Below are positions 46,648 through 55,998 of a DNA stretch of 64,000 nt, in pieces. Origin of the DNA: a virus; IMG/VR virus record IMGVR_UViG_3300011271_000002, positions 1 to 64,000 of that record; one strand, given 5' to 3'. Positions within the stretch are counted from its first letter, which is position 1. Each line of letters starts with the position of its first letter. Both the position numbers and the translations under genes were made by a program. Under the pieces are notes generated by a model. The model made no database searches. It had not been told where the DNA came from and saw only the letters and a list, made by a program, of their open reading frames with translations.

Positions 46648-46787
46648 GAGACTCCCTGTTTCTTGGCCATTTCCCGCACAGCCATTTCCATCACGGCGGT
46701 CTGCGTGACCCCGAGATTAGCAGCAAGCTTCACGAGCAGGCGTTTCCCTATCGCGCTGAATCGGATTGCTGTTTGTGTTTTAGCCAC
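46644..46787 (-). CDS. 47-aa ribbon-helix-helix regulator (leaderless, not in ORF track)
   Basis: GTG..AKTQTAIRFSAIGKRLLVKLAANLGVTQTAVMEMAVREMAKK. Confidence 0.7.
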   Translation of the reverse strand: MAKTQTAIRFSAIGKRLLVKLAANLGVTQTAVMEMAVREMAKKQGVS

Positions 46788-46794
46788 AGCCGGA

Positions 46795-46824
46795 AGTGTA
46801 TAACGATTGGCTACGCGATGTCAA
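46795..46824 (-). promoter_or_regulatory. sigma70-type promoter
   Basis: TTGACA-18nt-TACACT. Confidence 0.65.
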
Positions 46825-46841
46825 GCTAGCAAGATTGGGGC

Positions 46842-49793
46842 TTAATTTCCGGCAGAGGACAGCGTTCCATAGGGGACGCGTCGAAGGCGATCGGCATTCA
46901 CGCGTACGGCGGTGCCAACGGCATCACGATGCGCCGCGAGTATACCCATCCTCGTTCGTTGCTCGGTGAGCACGGGATCCGTCCCGCGCGCATCGATTGC
47001 ATAGTATGCATTCGGCCCGCCACCGCCGAATGCCCGGCGCGCGGACGCATTGCTCATGATCGTACCTGGGCTATTTGGGAAAAACGGCTCGGCACCGCGC
47101 TCTCCGACCAAATAGGCCGACCCAGGCGAGACTGGACCGCCGCTAGCATGCGGTATCAGCGAGCTCGCCAACAGACTGAAAATCCCACCTCCCTTGTCGC
47201 CCTCACCGAATAGTCCCCCAATGCTCTTGCCGAGTCCGTCTCTCGCGCCGCCGAGTCCGAGTGAATCGGCTAGCTTCATATAGCCCGGATTGGTTTTTGT
47301 GAAATCCGGCTTGCCGCCGCCGATGAGATCCGTTAGCCCGCTGAGCTTAGGAAATGCCTTGCCAAGCGCGCCAAGGCCTTTTTGGGCCATGCCCTTGATC
47401 TGGCCCTCGACTACATGGCCGCCAATGTCCTGGAAGACTTTGCTGAAAGACGTTTTCTGGAAGGTCGCCAACTTGGCCAGCTCGCCGGTGACGCGATCAA
47501 AGCCCATGTGAAACGCTTCGTAAATGCTTTCGGCGGCCGATTTACCATCCCGTTGCATGTCCAAGAAAAAGGCCCGGACGCCATCTCGCATGCCACGCAT
47601 GGCGAGCGATTGTTCCGCGAGAATTCGGAGTTGATCGTTGCGGAGATTGCGTAGCGAAAGTTCGATTTCGAAATTCGTGTGCCCGCTGGCAATGATCAGC
47701 TCGAGTGTGGTGATCTGCTGATTCAGCGCTTCCAACTGATTTTTGTAGATTAGACCGGTGCGCATGGCCTCGGCGGTGATCTGCCGTTGATGTTCCAATC
47801 GGGCCTCGCCGGCCTCCGCCACAGCCTCTTGCGTCAATCCGCCGGCACCAGGAATCGGAGTGCCACCACTTCTCACGGATTCGATAGCTCTATTTTTTAA
47901 TGCCGCGCGCCGTTCCGCCTCGGCGCCTTCCGTGATGGCCGCAGTGAGTCGCTTCGTGGCGGCGATTCTTTCGTTGATGCGTGTCATCGCAGCCGCGGAT
48001 TGATTGATCCCTCTCGCCTTGAATAAATCAAGCTCGGCCTTAATCTGCTCCTTTGTGGCACCGTCCTCTTGCATCTTGGCGAGTTTGACTTGAAGGGTCG
48101 CCAAGCGCACCGCTTCCGCTCCCTGACTTTGGACTTGCGCCAAGCGGTTTTCCAGAGTGATTTCGTCCATCAATTTATCGGAAGCGTTCTTTGCCTGCTC
48201 GAGATGCTTCGCTTCATACTCTGCGGCGTATTTGGATCGCACTGCCGTCACCTCATTCAGGTGGGTGAGCATAAATATTTCATCGTTGTATTTCTCAGCG
48301 CCCACGGCCGCGGCCACGCGGGTTTCCACGTTCGCCTTTTTGATGGCCTCGTATCCTTTCCCGATCGCGGCGGTCAAGGTCTCCTGGGATCGAACGCTAT
48401 TCCTGATCTGCGCCGTGGTCTGGGCCAGTTTCGTCTTCCACTTTTCCTCTTCGCCAGTGGTCACGATCTGAAGCTCAATAGCTTTGATGGAATCCTTCTG
48501 CGAGGTGCTCAGTTGCGTGTGCCGACGTTCTAAGGCCTTGTTCACCTCCTCGATAATTTTCAGCGACTCCCCATAAGCTGCGGCAACCGCTTTTTCTGCC
48601 TCGCTGAGTCCGGCAGCGTCCACCTTCGCCTTTGCCGCCGCTAGTTCCGCCGCCAATTTTTTCATGCGGTCCTGGAACGGGCGATCCAGTTTGGCGTTTT
48701 CGGCATCGCTCGTAAGTTTTTCCTTTTTTGCGGCCAGATCCTCTTCGGCGAACTTTTTAGGAACATACCGGGCTTGTTCGGCCACATAGCGACGGGCTTC
48801 CTTCAACTCCTCCAATTCCACGGTGTTTTCAGTGGTAGCAGCGTGCCCTACGAGGCTTGGCACTCCTTGTGGATTTACCAGCGTACGGGATTTTGGACTA
48901 GTCTCGTATCGTAAAGTGTTCTTTCTGGCTTCTTCCGCATCGGCGATGCGTTTATCCAGGATTGCCAACTTAGCATCGAAGAAGTCTTTCAACTCACTTT
49001 TTGTCTTTTCGCGCGCGGCCGCTATTGCTGCGGTTTGGAGTTTGGGATCTTTAATCGTTCCAGCAGCTTCTATTTTGGCCCGCCCTTGGTCGGTGATAAC
49101 ATCCATTTCGGCCTTCATGCCGCCACCGCCAGCTTTACCACCGATAAACTCGCGGATGTATTTCGTGCCGGTCTCGCCGAGCAATCGCCGCATGATGCCG
49201 ACGTCTGATTCCTTGAGTAGTTTGTAAAGCGCGGAGAGGTCTCTGTCCAGAGCCATCGCTAGATTGTCGGCCGCAGCGCGGGCTTCATCCAACGCTAGTT
49301 TCAGCGTGTTCTGTCTTCGCCCTTCCAATTTGGCGATCTGGTTTTCGAGGCGATCATTCGTCACGTCGAGTTGATCGTTTGTCAATTTTAGCGGAGCATT
49401 CAACTCTCGAAACATCAGATTCACTTTTTCAGGGGCGTTCTGTATGGTTTTGAAAAATTCGTAAACTTTTTCTCCAATGCCGACGATCAAGCCTGAAAAG
49501 GCAACCGCGCCAACGATGGGAAAGGCAGCCTGCAACACCGGGCTCAGCCCCAGCGTTGTGGACATGAAGCGCTCTACCGCCCGCACGTTGTGGGTGAGAT
49601 TGCCCTCCATCGTACGGATCGCGCCGCTCGCCGCCATCATACTCGATGCGGTGTGGCCGCCGAACTCCCGCATGGCCTGCGATCCGGAGGAGCCGAATTT
49701 CTTTACACGAACCTCGGCTTGATTGATATCGCTGGTGAAGCGGCTGGTGCCTGCGGCGAGATCGATGACCACGGTTCCAATTCTTTTTGGCAC
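46842..49793 (-). CDS. tail tape measure protein
   Basis: IG.VVIDL.A.T..F N-terminus, long Ala/Glu/Lys helices, ASGGPV.PG..YLVGERG.E.F.P C-terminus. Confidence 0.9.
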   Translation of the reverse strand: MPKRIGTVVIDLAAGTSRFTSDINQAEVRVKKFGSSGSQAMREFGGHTASSMMAASGAIRTMEGNLTHNVRAVERFMSTTLGLSPVLQAAFPIVGAVAFSGLIVGIGEKVYEFFKTIQNAPEKVNLMFRELNAPLKLTNDQLDVTNDRLENQIAKLEGRRQNTLKLALDEARAAADNLAMALDRDLSALYKLLKESDVGIMRRLLGETGTKYIREFIGGKAGGGGMKAEMDVITDQGRAKIEAAGTIKDPKLQTAAIAAAREKTKSELKDFFDAKLAILDKRIADAEEARKNTLRYETSPKSRTLVNPQGVPSLVGHAATTENTVELEELKEARRYVAEQARYVPKKFAEEDLAAKKEKLTSDAENAKLDRPFQDRMKKLAAELAAAKAKVDAAGLSEAEKAVAAAYGESLKIIEEVNKALERRHTQLSTSQKDSIKAIELQIVTTGEEEKWKTKLAQTTAQIRNSVRSQETLTAAIGKGYEAIKKANVETRVAAAVGAEKYNDEIFMLTHLNEVTAVRSKYAAEYEAKHLEQAKNASDKLMDEITLENRLAQVQSQGAEAVRLATLQVKLAKMQEDGATKEQIKAELDLFKARGINQSAAAMTRINERIAATKRLTAAITEGAEAERRAALKNRAIESVRSGGTPIPGAGGLTQEAVAEAGEARLEHQRQITAEAMRTGLIYKNQLEALNQQITTLELIIASGHTNFEIELSLRNLRNDQLRILAEQSLAMRGMRDGVRAFFLDMQRDGKSAAESIYEAFHMGFDRVTGELAKLATFQKTSFSKVFQDIGGHVVEGQIKGMAQKGLGALGKAFPKLSGLTDLIGGGKPDFTKTNPGYMKLADSLGLGGARDGLGKSIGGLFGEGDKGGGIFSLLASSLIPHASGGPVSPGSAYLVGERGAEPFFPNSPGTIMSNASARRAFGGGGPNAYYAIDARGTDPVLTEQRTRMGILAAHRDAVGTAVRVNADRLRRVPYGTLSSAGN

Positions 49794-49933
49794 TAGATCG
49801 CCGCCTTTATTTTTTCAGAACAGGGCTTGCCACGCCAGGCATAATCGATCCGCGATTGGGTAAAATAGAAACGGGCCGCGACGAAGTTCATAGCTTCGTG
49901 CAGCCCTGACCGATGCGACCGATAGGGAGTCAC

Positions 49934-50335
49934 ATGGCTACCACCAATACTAAGGGACCAGAGCCGAATAGTGGCTGTTGGCTGTGGACTGGCATGCTCA
50001 AGGATAGCGGCTACGGAAAGATTCAAACCGGCACGTTCGCCAACCCCAACATGCAGCGGGCGCATCGCGTTGCCTACGAATTGTTCGTTGGCCCAATACC
50101 TCCCGGACTGCAACTTGACCATCTTTGCCGGGTTTCTAGTTGCGTCAATCCGAATCATCTGGAGCCGGTCACTAATGCAGAGAACACAAGACGCGGAATC
50201 GCAGGACAGTGGCAGAAAAACAAAACACATTGCCCACAGGGTCATGAATACACAATTGAAAATACCATGATGTATTTGGGAAAGTGGAGGCGCTGCCGAA
50301 CATGCAGCAGAGAGCGTAATCATCTTGCCGCTTGA
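49934..50335 (+). CDS. free-standing HNH endonuclease
   Basis: CWLWTG..GYG...AHRVAYE..GPIP.GL.LDHLC....CVNP.HLEPVT..EN, KTHCPQGH. Confidence 0.9.
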   Translation: MATTNTKGPEPNSGCWLWTGMLKDSGYGKIQTGTFANPNMQRAHRVAYELFVGPIPPGLQLDHLCRVSSCVNPNHLEPVTNAENTRRGIAGQWQKNKTHCPQGHEYTIENTMMYLGKWRRCRTCSRERNHLAA

Positions 50336-50340
50336 CGAGC

Positions 50341-50796
50341 TCACGGAATCACCATGCTAGTTGAACCCTGCGGGAATTGCTCCCTTACGGTCTGTGCCAA
50401 AGAGTCGGCAAATGCGGCTATGGCCCGTTCCGCTGAACTATCAAACGCCACTCTCATAAAAGGGTGTGGAGCGATCATCCCCTCCGCTTTTTTTCCCGGC
50501 TTGTGGCCGATCATGCGATGCCCGTATTCCACCCACAGCGCGCGCTGGCCCATTTTGCCATAGCCGATTCTGGCCAAGCCGCCGCGGAGTTGATTGTCGA
50601 GAGTGATCTCCATCATCCGCGCTGCCTTGAGTTTCCCTTCGCGGACCGGTTCTCTGATGTTGAGCTCGCGATTGATTTCCTGCGCGCCGGCGTTCAGTGC
50701 TTTAAGGAAACCAGTGGCCACGATGATCTTGGGTGCCTCGCGTAGCATCTTGCAGACATCCTCGATGCCGATGATCCGCGAGACCTCGCCAGCCAT
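50341..50796 (-). CDS. HK97 gp10-like tail component
   Basis: I.GIE, PVREGKL, WVEYG, PHPFMR.AFD. Confidence 0.8.
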   Translation of the reverse strand: MAGEVSRIIGIEDVCKMLREAPKIIVATGFLKALNAGAQEINRELNIREPVREGKLKAARMMEITLDNQLRGGLARIGYGKMGQRALWVEYGHRMIGHKPGKKAEGMIAPHPFMRVAFDSSAERAIAAFADSLAQTVREQFPQGSTSMVIP

Positions 50797-50805
50797 GAGT
50801 TAATC

Positions 50806-51294
50806 TTAGCCGCTTGCGGCAGCTTCGACCGGCAATGCTTCCGGGTTGGGCGTTGGTGACGCGGGCGGCGGCACTTCCGCAGTCGCAGGCTCGGGCGTTG
50901 GCTGTGACGGGGAAGGATTAAGCAGTTCGTCCAGGCTTTTCGGCTCGTTGCCCATCGAGACATTGTAGGCGTTTGCCAGGGCGGCCATCGCGATCCCGAG
51001 CCGATCGACGCGCAGCAGCTTGCCGGTTTCCTTGAGCGAATCTTTCTTGCTCAATCCAGGGAAAGCCGCCTCAGGCCCAGCTTCCAGCGCGGCGAAGAAA
51101 AGCCCGCGCAATTCCGCAGCCGTGATGCCGCCGCCCTCGCCCGTGATGCGGAGCAGCGCACTGAAAAGATTGCAACCGCAGATTTCCTCTACGTCCACGA
51201 TGGTGTTGAAATCGTAGGCGAGCGTCAGTTCCTCGGCATCGTCGTCGTCAAACTTGAATCGATAGTATTTCAGATCGTCTTTCGGTTGTGGCAT
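50806..51294 (-). CDS. tail assembly chaperone (G-like)
   Basis: L.YDFN.I.D.E..CG.NL....LRGLF.AAL. Confidence 0.65.
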   Translation of the reverse strand: MPQPKDDLKYYRFKFDDDDAEELTLAYDFNTIVDVEEICGCNLFSALLRITGEGGGITAAELRGLFFAALEAGPEAAFPGLSKKDSLKETGKLLRVDRLGIAMAALANAYNVSMGNEPKSLDELLNPSPSQPTPEPATAEVPPPASPTPNPEALPVEAAASG

Positions 51295-51298
51295 GTGT

Positions 51299-51967
51299 TC
51301 ACCCTTGTTTTCTAAACTGCGCAAAATGTCTCATCAGGTATTCGCCAGTGATCGGCTGCTCACGCTGCTTGGCCCAGGGATGCAGCATGAAGGCGTCGGC
51401 ACGCAACGGCTCCTTCGGGGCCAATTGGCTGTAGTTCGCGTTGTTGGCGATGACCATCCCAAACATCAGTTCCCATTGTCGTAGATTTTCAATGTGCCGG
51501 CGCAGAAGTGCCTGAAGAAGTTTGGGCGTCAGATCAAGCCATTCGCGATCAGTGAGGCGAAGATTCTCGTGGGCCATCGCCCAAGCTTCTGGCCAACTCA
51601 ACGATTTGGCCTGTTTCGCGGATTCGCCTTCATCGGCATTTTCCGAATCTTCTTCCTCGTTTCTCTCTGGCATCGAGGCCTGCCAGGCTCTGAAAAGGAT
51701 GTTCCTGACATTCATCACGTTCCCGAGATGAAGGATTTCGCCGGCAGCCCGAATCGAACAATCAGCGCCAACGTGGGTAAGAATTTCGAAAAGCACGCTG
51801 CGGAGCGTTTTAGCCGCTGGGCGGACAAGGTTCAGATTTCCTGCCAAGACGTCCAGGCCGGTGCTGCTTTCAAGTTTCAACAGAAGCTCGTGCGTGAAGA
51901 GAATTCGCCAGCGTCGGCCGCCGAAAGGCAATTCGATCACCGGGCTGAGAATTTCGGCTATCGTCAC
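51299..51967 (-). CDS. tail assembly chaperone (G+T-like fusion)
   Basis: G-like N-half, acidic linker, T-like L.LT.REW.DLTP..L..L. Confidence 0.65.
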   Translation of the reverse strand: MTIAEILSPVIELPFGGRRWRILFTHELLLKLESSTGLDVLAGNLNLVRPAAKTLRSVLFEILTHVGADCSIRAAGEILHLGNVMNVRNILFRAWQASMPERNEEEDSENADEGESAKQAKSLSWPEAWAMAHENLRLTDREWLDLTPKLLQALLRRHIENLRQWELMFGMVIANNANYSQLAPKEPLRADAFMLHPWAKQREQPITGEYLMRHFAQFRKQG

Positions 51968-51976
51968 ATGGAGCGA

Positions 51977-52420
51977 TTAGACGACTGTTTCGGTAATGGT
52001 CCCGCTGATTTGGACATCGGCCATATATTCGATGGCCTTGTTTTGTTCGAATGGGCCGTTCTCGTACTTGGCAATATAGCCGATGCCGGTGCATGTGTAA
52101 ACCTTGCTGCCCTTATCCACCGGCGCGGTAATCTTCCACGAAAAAACTGTTTGGGCTTGGGCGAGCGCCAGGAGACTCAACTGCGAGGTGTCCCCGATGA
52201 AATTTCCAGCGATTGAATTCAGGCCAGGCTTGATTAGTCCGGGAATGAATTCCTCCGTTGCGTTCGGAGAAAGCAGATGCGTCGTATCTACCTGCGGAAC
52301 ACTCACCTGCGCAGGCTTGATACTTTTCACCTCAAGCATCGCATTGTAGCTGCCAGGACTGGCTACAGTGCCAATGTAAAATACCGCTGTGTTGCCAGTG
52401 TTGGCGCGAGATGCTGCCAT
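51977..52420 (-). CDS. major tail (tube) protein
   Basis: EV.SI.P......VDTTHL.SP...EEFIPGL..PG. Confidence 0.85.
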   Translation of the reverse strand: MAASRANTGNTAVFYIGTVASPGSYNAMLEVKSIKPAQVSVPQVDTTHLLSPNATEEFIPGLIKPGLNSIAGNFIGDTSQLSLLALAQAQTVFSWKITAPVDKGSKVYTCTGIGYIAKYENGPFEQNKAIEYMADVQISGTITETVV

Positions 52421-52490
52421 GACATTCTCCTTGTCTTTGGGACTTCTAGCTACCCATCATATCCCTAAAAGCAAATCTGCGTGTAAATGT

Positions 52491-52898
52491 TTAATTCGCC
52501 TGATTGAACCAGATCTCGTATTCGATCATCCGGCGAAAGGTTCGGCTGGCATCGTCATAGGGGAAATCCATCGGTTCTTGTTCCATCAGGCAGCTTTGCA
52601 CGAACGTGGAATCTGGGTCCGATAGCGTCCCCCTGAAATTGTTCAACACTACGTCAATGGCGCTGGCGAGAGTGATCGTGCCCGCCTGATCGTAAGCGTA
52701 GCAATCTATCTGTAGACGCCGATGCCTTGGTCCTCGTTCGCCAGCCAGCGTGTGATCGGGCGTTCCTCCAACATAGAGATAGGTCCAACTGGGCAGCACC
52801 ATATCCTTTGGCAACTGGCCCAGGAAGCCTCCGCTGGCAGCGATCGCGGCCACGGCCGGCGTTCCCTGTACCAGCACGCTGATGCCTTGATCTATCAA
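52491..52898 (-). CDS. tail terminator / tail completion protein (DUF3168-like)
   Basis: LP.WTY..V.G, RLQIDCYA, LA.AI...L..FRG. Confidence 0.8.
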   Translation of the reverse strand: MIDQGISVLVQGTPAVAAIAASGGFLGQLPKDMVLPSWTYLYVGGTPDHTLAGERGPRHRRLQIDCYAYDQAGTITLASAIDVVLNNFRGTLSDPDSTFVQSCLMEQEPMDFPYDDASRTFRRMIEYEIWFNQAN

Positions 52899-53635
52899 CC
52901 CACAAGGATATCATTGGATTTCTTCACCCACTGATGCGTGCGCACCAATTCCTCATATTGTTGATGCCAGTTCATTGCCCGTTCGGCAGGATCGTAGCGG
53001 GCTATCCGCTCCTGCAATACCTTTCGGGCGCCCTGAACACTACCGCGGATTGGGTAGTGTTTGAGAACGAAGCGCTCCGGATAGACATGCATTCCGGGGA
53101 ATGTCGCGATATGCCCGCCGCTGGAAGTGAGATTGACTCGCTGAGTGTTTCGCCAAGCCTTAACGTGATGAAGCTTCGAATCCAGATGGTCAAGAGTGAA
53201 GCTTTGGAAGTGACGCTCGGGATCACCTGTATACAGATCATCGGTCGGGTAGAATTGCAAAACCTGATGATCCACTGCGTTATAGCCGGCCGCCTGGACC
53301 CGCACGAAGGCGTCCTTCAGTGATTCATCAGGCACGGGACTTTTCCGGATTTCATCGGCGTCGTGATGAATGCACCAGGATGCGGTTGATGCCGCCGCTA
53401 GTTCTTCCACGCGGGTCAACAGCGGCCGCCACGAGTAGTATTGCGAAGGCCCGTCGGCCGGAAACTTCTCGAAGCCGACCAGCGGAAACTCCCGCACGAG
53501 ATCGGGGCTTCCATCGGTGGACCAATTGTCGATCACGTAGACGCCGATGCCCTGATTGATCAGATGTTGGATCGTGAAAACAATTATGTCGGCCTCGTTA
53601 AAACAAGTCATGAACGCTGCGACGGAAAACTTCAT
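52895..53635 (-). CDS. glycosyltransferase family 2-like
   Basis: FNEADII, VIDNWSTDGS, IHHDADE, LKHYPIR. Confidence 0.85.
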   Translation of the reverse strand: MKFSVAAFMTCFNEADIIVFTIQHLINQGIGVYVIDNWSTDGSPDLVREFPLVGFEKFPADGPSQYYSWRPLLTRVEELAAASTASWCIHHDADEIRKSPVPDESLKDAFVRVQAAGYNAVDHQVLQFYPTDDLYTGDPERHFQSFTLDHLDSKLHHVKAWRNTQRVNLTSSGGHIATFPGMHVYPERFVLKHYPIRGSVQGARKVLQERIARYDPAERAMNWHQQYEELVRTHQWVKKSNDILVG

Positions 53636-54477
53636 GATTTTGTGTCGCTGCCACTGGCGTTCTTTGCACACCACTCTCGCAGGCGCTGGGCCCAATGCTC
53701 CGCGTCTTCGCCCTTGAATGGAGATCGATACAATACGCAGTCCACCGCGTGATGCGCTCCGGGCTCCGGTTTCGGGCGGCCTGGCTGACAATGCAGGCAT
53801 CTGGTCCTGATGTCGTGAATCTTGCTCGCGCCGTGAATTATCGCATAACAGGGCAGTGCGTGCCATGGCCGGATTTGATTCCAGGCGTAGACGATTCTAA
53901 AATGCCGGGCAACCATGCTCTCGAATTCAGCCGGCGTGAAATCGTGCCGGTGATGCGGATTGGTCGCCATCGTCGGGACAATCGGAGTCGAGACAATCAA
54001 ATGCCGAGCTCGCCTGGCCATCATGGCCAGGAACTCTTCGGGATTTTCCAAATGTTCCAACACCTCAAACGCCATCGCCCCGTCAAACTCCTCGTCTTCC
54101 TCGAGCTGTTCGGGACGCAGGAAAGTTCCCAGCTTGCCAGGCCGCTGCCGGGCAAGGGTGAGCGCGGATTCAGATGTATCGACGGAAACGACATGGCAGC
54201 CCGCGCGGGTCAACATCTCCGAGCCATAACCGACCCCGCAACCAAAATCCAGAATGCGGCCGCCGGTGAAGCACTTCCGCGCGAATGCGTATCGTTCAAT
54301 ATGGGCGTTACGTTCCCACAGATCCGGGCAGCGATCCACGTCAAGGGCACCGCCATCCGGAAGTATCCAATCCAGCGTCGGCAGATCCTCTAAATGCCCC
54401 AGTCCGCCGAAGCGAGACCGGGGAACGCGCCCTCCACCCGGCGCGTGAATATCGACTACTAAATCTGATTGCCCCAT
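53632..54477 (-). CDS. class I SAM-dependent methyltransferase
   Basis: HIERY.FA, ILDFGCGVGYG, FEVLEHL. Confidence 0.85.
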   Translation of the reverse strand: MGQSDLVVDIHAPGGGRVPRSRFGGLGHLEDLPTLDWILPDGGALDVDRCPDLWERNAHIERYAFARKCFTGGRILDFGCGVGYGSEMLTRAGCHVVSVDTSESALTLARQRPGKLGTFLRPEQLEEDEEFDGAMAFEVLEHLENPEEFLAMMARRARHLIVSTPIVPTMATNPHHRHDFTPAEFESMVARHFRIVYAWNQIRPWHALPCYAIIHGASKIHDIRTRCLHCQPGRPKPEPGAHHAVDCVLYRSPFKGEDAEHWAQRLREWCAKNASGSDTKS

Positions 54478-55136
54478 ATGTCCAGTCCCCACTTGGCCTT
54501 GAATAGCTCATGGTTGGCGCTGTAATCGCCGGGGCTTCGCGGATCCCCGCGAAACGTGCTCGGCAGACTAAGATGATCCACAAATACGCCATCCAGAATA
54601 CCGAGCTTCAGTCCAGCCCGTCGAACCCGCAGGCAGTAGTCGTCGTCATCGCCGCCATAACCGACGAAGCGTTCATCTAACAGGCCAATTTTATTGATCG
54701 TGCGCCGCGGTATGAAAACACACACGAAGCAACAGACGCGCGGTTCCTCCCTCAGCCCGACGATTCCAGCAAGGGGATTTTGATTTGGATTGCCGACATT
54801 ATTCGTGGTGGCCGAAACGAGACCGTATTCTGGATGCTCCTGCGTCGCGCGCTGCATCGCCGCGAACCCACCGGAGCTTTTCAGGAGTGCGTCATCGTTG
54901 AGCAATACCACATCATCGCTGCCCGCGGATTCAATCCCGATGTTTACATTGCGAGCAAAAACGAAATCTGATTCCACGTCTCTAACGTCGAATCCGTCCG
55001 GGGGGATCCAGTCATTTCCTTTCGAGCGGTCCCATATCACAATGATCCGGGATGTTTCACCGGCCGCGCGGATGGCCGCGACGCAGGCGCGGAGATTGTT
55101 CTCTGTTCTCGAAGGAATGATGATTGAGAAATTCAA
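54459..55136 (-). CDS. glycosyltransferase family 2
   Basis: SIIIPS, FARNVNIG, VLLNDD, GLLDERF.GYG.DD.DYC.R; TTG start overlapping previous stop. Confidence 0.85.
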   Translation of the reverse strand: MNFSIIIPSRTENNLRACVAAIRAAGETSRIIVIWDRSKGNDWIPPDGFDVRDVESDFVFARNVNIGIESAGSDDVVLLNDDALLKSSGGFAAMQRATQEHPEYGLVSATTNNVGNPNQNPLAGIVGLREEPRVCCFVCVFIPRRTINKIGLLDERFVGYGGDDDDYCLRVRRAGLKLGILDGVFVDHLSLPSTFRGDPRSPGDYSANHELFKAKWGLDIWGNQI

Positions 55137-55810
55137 TGTGGACTGTCTTGCCCTTTGGGCTCGAATCTCGCGCCCGGGGCCCGCCGCCAGAAGGAAAGAT
55201 ACCACAGCAAAAAGCATGCGCCAGCGATCCACATCAATTTCGTGCTGATCGCGCTGGTCGTCACGGAGAAGTAGGCGGCCGAATTCATCCACAGATACAC
55301 AGCCAGGATGATCGAATGCCTTCCTTCGATCTTCATGACATGATGCCGACGGACGGGCAGGAGACTCAACGCCGTGAGTCCGCACGCCAGAAAGCAATCG
55401 ACGCCAGCCCGAAGTGCATAGACGATTTCGAGCCACGATTCCGGCCAGCGCGTTTCGGCGTGAAGCTCCAAGAATATCCAGGTGCTGGCGAAGGCCGACG
55501 CGCCGAATACCAATATCATCGATTGAAGATGAAAGGGCGTCCGCAAATGCATCCTTCTGGCGGCTTCATAGGAAACGACTCCGCGGAAGGCGATCTGAAT
55601 CACCATCGCGGTAATGGCGAACCGAGCGTAGAATTTATTTCCAGCCCTGAATTCTGCTAGACCGAAGAGGATAACGCTGACGATGAGATCGAACAGTAGA
55701 TAGAGATAGAATTTCCCGTACAGTGATCGCCAGGATCGTACTTTCATAGTCAGCGCGAATTCCGCGAAGAGCGACAAGCCCCAGGCGAGAGCCAGATTCG
55801 GATCCATCAA
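55133..55810 (-). CDS. multi-pass (about 6-7 TM) membrane protein
   Basis: alternating hydrophobic helices; LYGKFYLYLLFDL..YARF..E pattern. Confidence 0.75.
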   Translation of the reverse strand: MMDPNLALAWGLSLFAEFALTMKVRSWRSLYGKFYLYLLFDLIVSVILFGLAEFRAGNKFYARFAITAMVIQIAFRGVVSYEAARRMHLRTPFHLQSMILVFGASAFASTWIFLELHAETRWPESWLEIVYALRAGVDCFLACGLTALSLLPVRRHHVMKIEGRHSIILAVYLWMNSAAYFSVTTSAISTKLMWIAGACFLLWYLSFWRRAPGARFEPKGQDSPH

Positions 55811-55815
55811 AGAGT

Positions 55816-55998
55816 TTACTCCTTACTGGATGGACTTCCGCTCGGCGGATTTCGTTTCGCTGGCTTTTTACCCTTGGGCTTTTTGGCCTTTGGCGCCGGC
55901 ACCGGTTTCTTCACGGTGGCGTCCGGGCATGGTGGCTGATCTGGGCCGCAGGGAGGCGGGAAATCACCGCTCCCCATTTGCATCACTTGACTCGTCAT
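55816..55998 (-). CDS. 60-aa Pro/Cys peptide with basic tail
   Basis: AAAGGAG RBS; GSGDFPPPCGPDQPPCP. Confidence 0.6.
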   Translation of the reverse strand: MTSQVMQMGSGDFPPPCGPDQPPCPDATVKKPVPAPKAKKPKGKKPAKRNPPSGSPSSKE

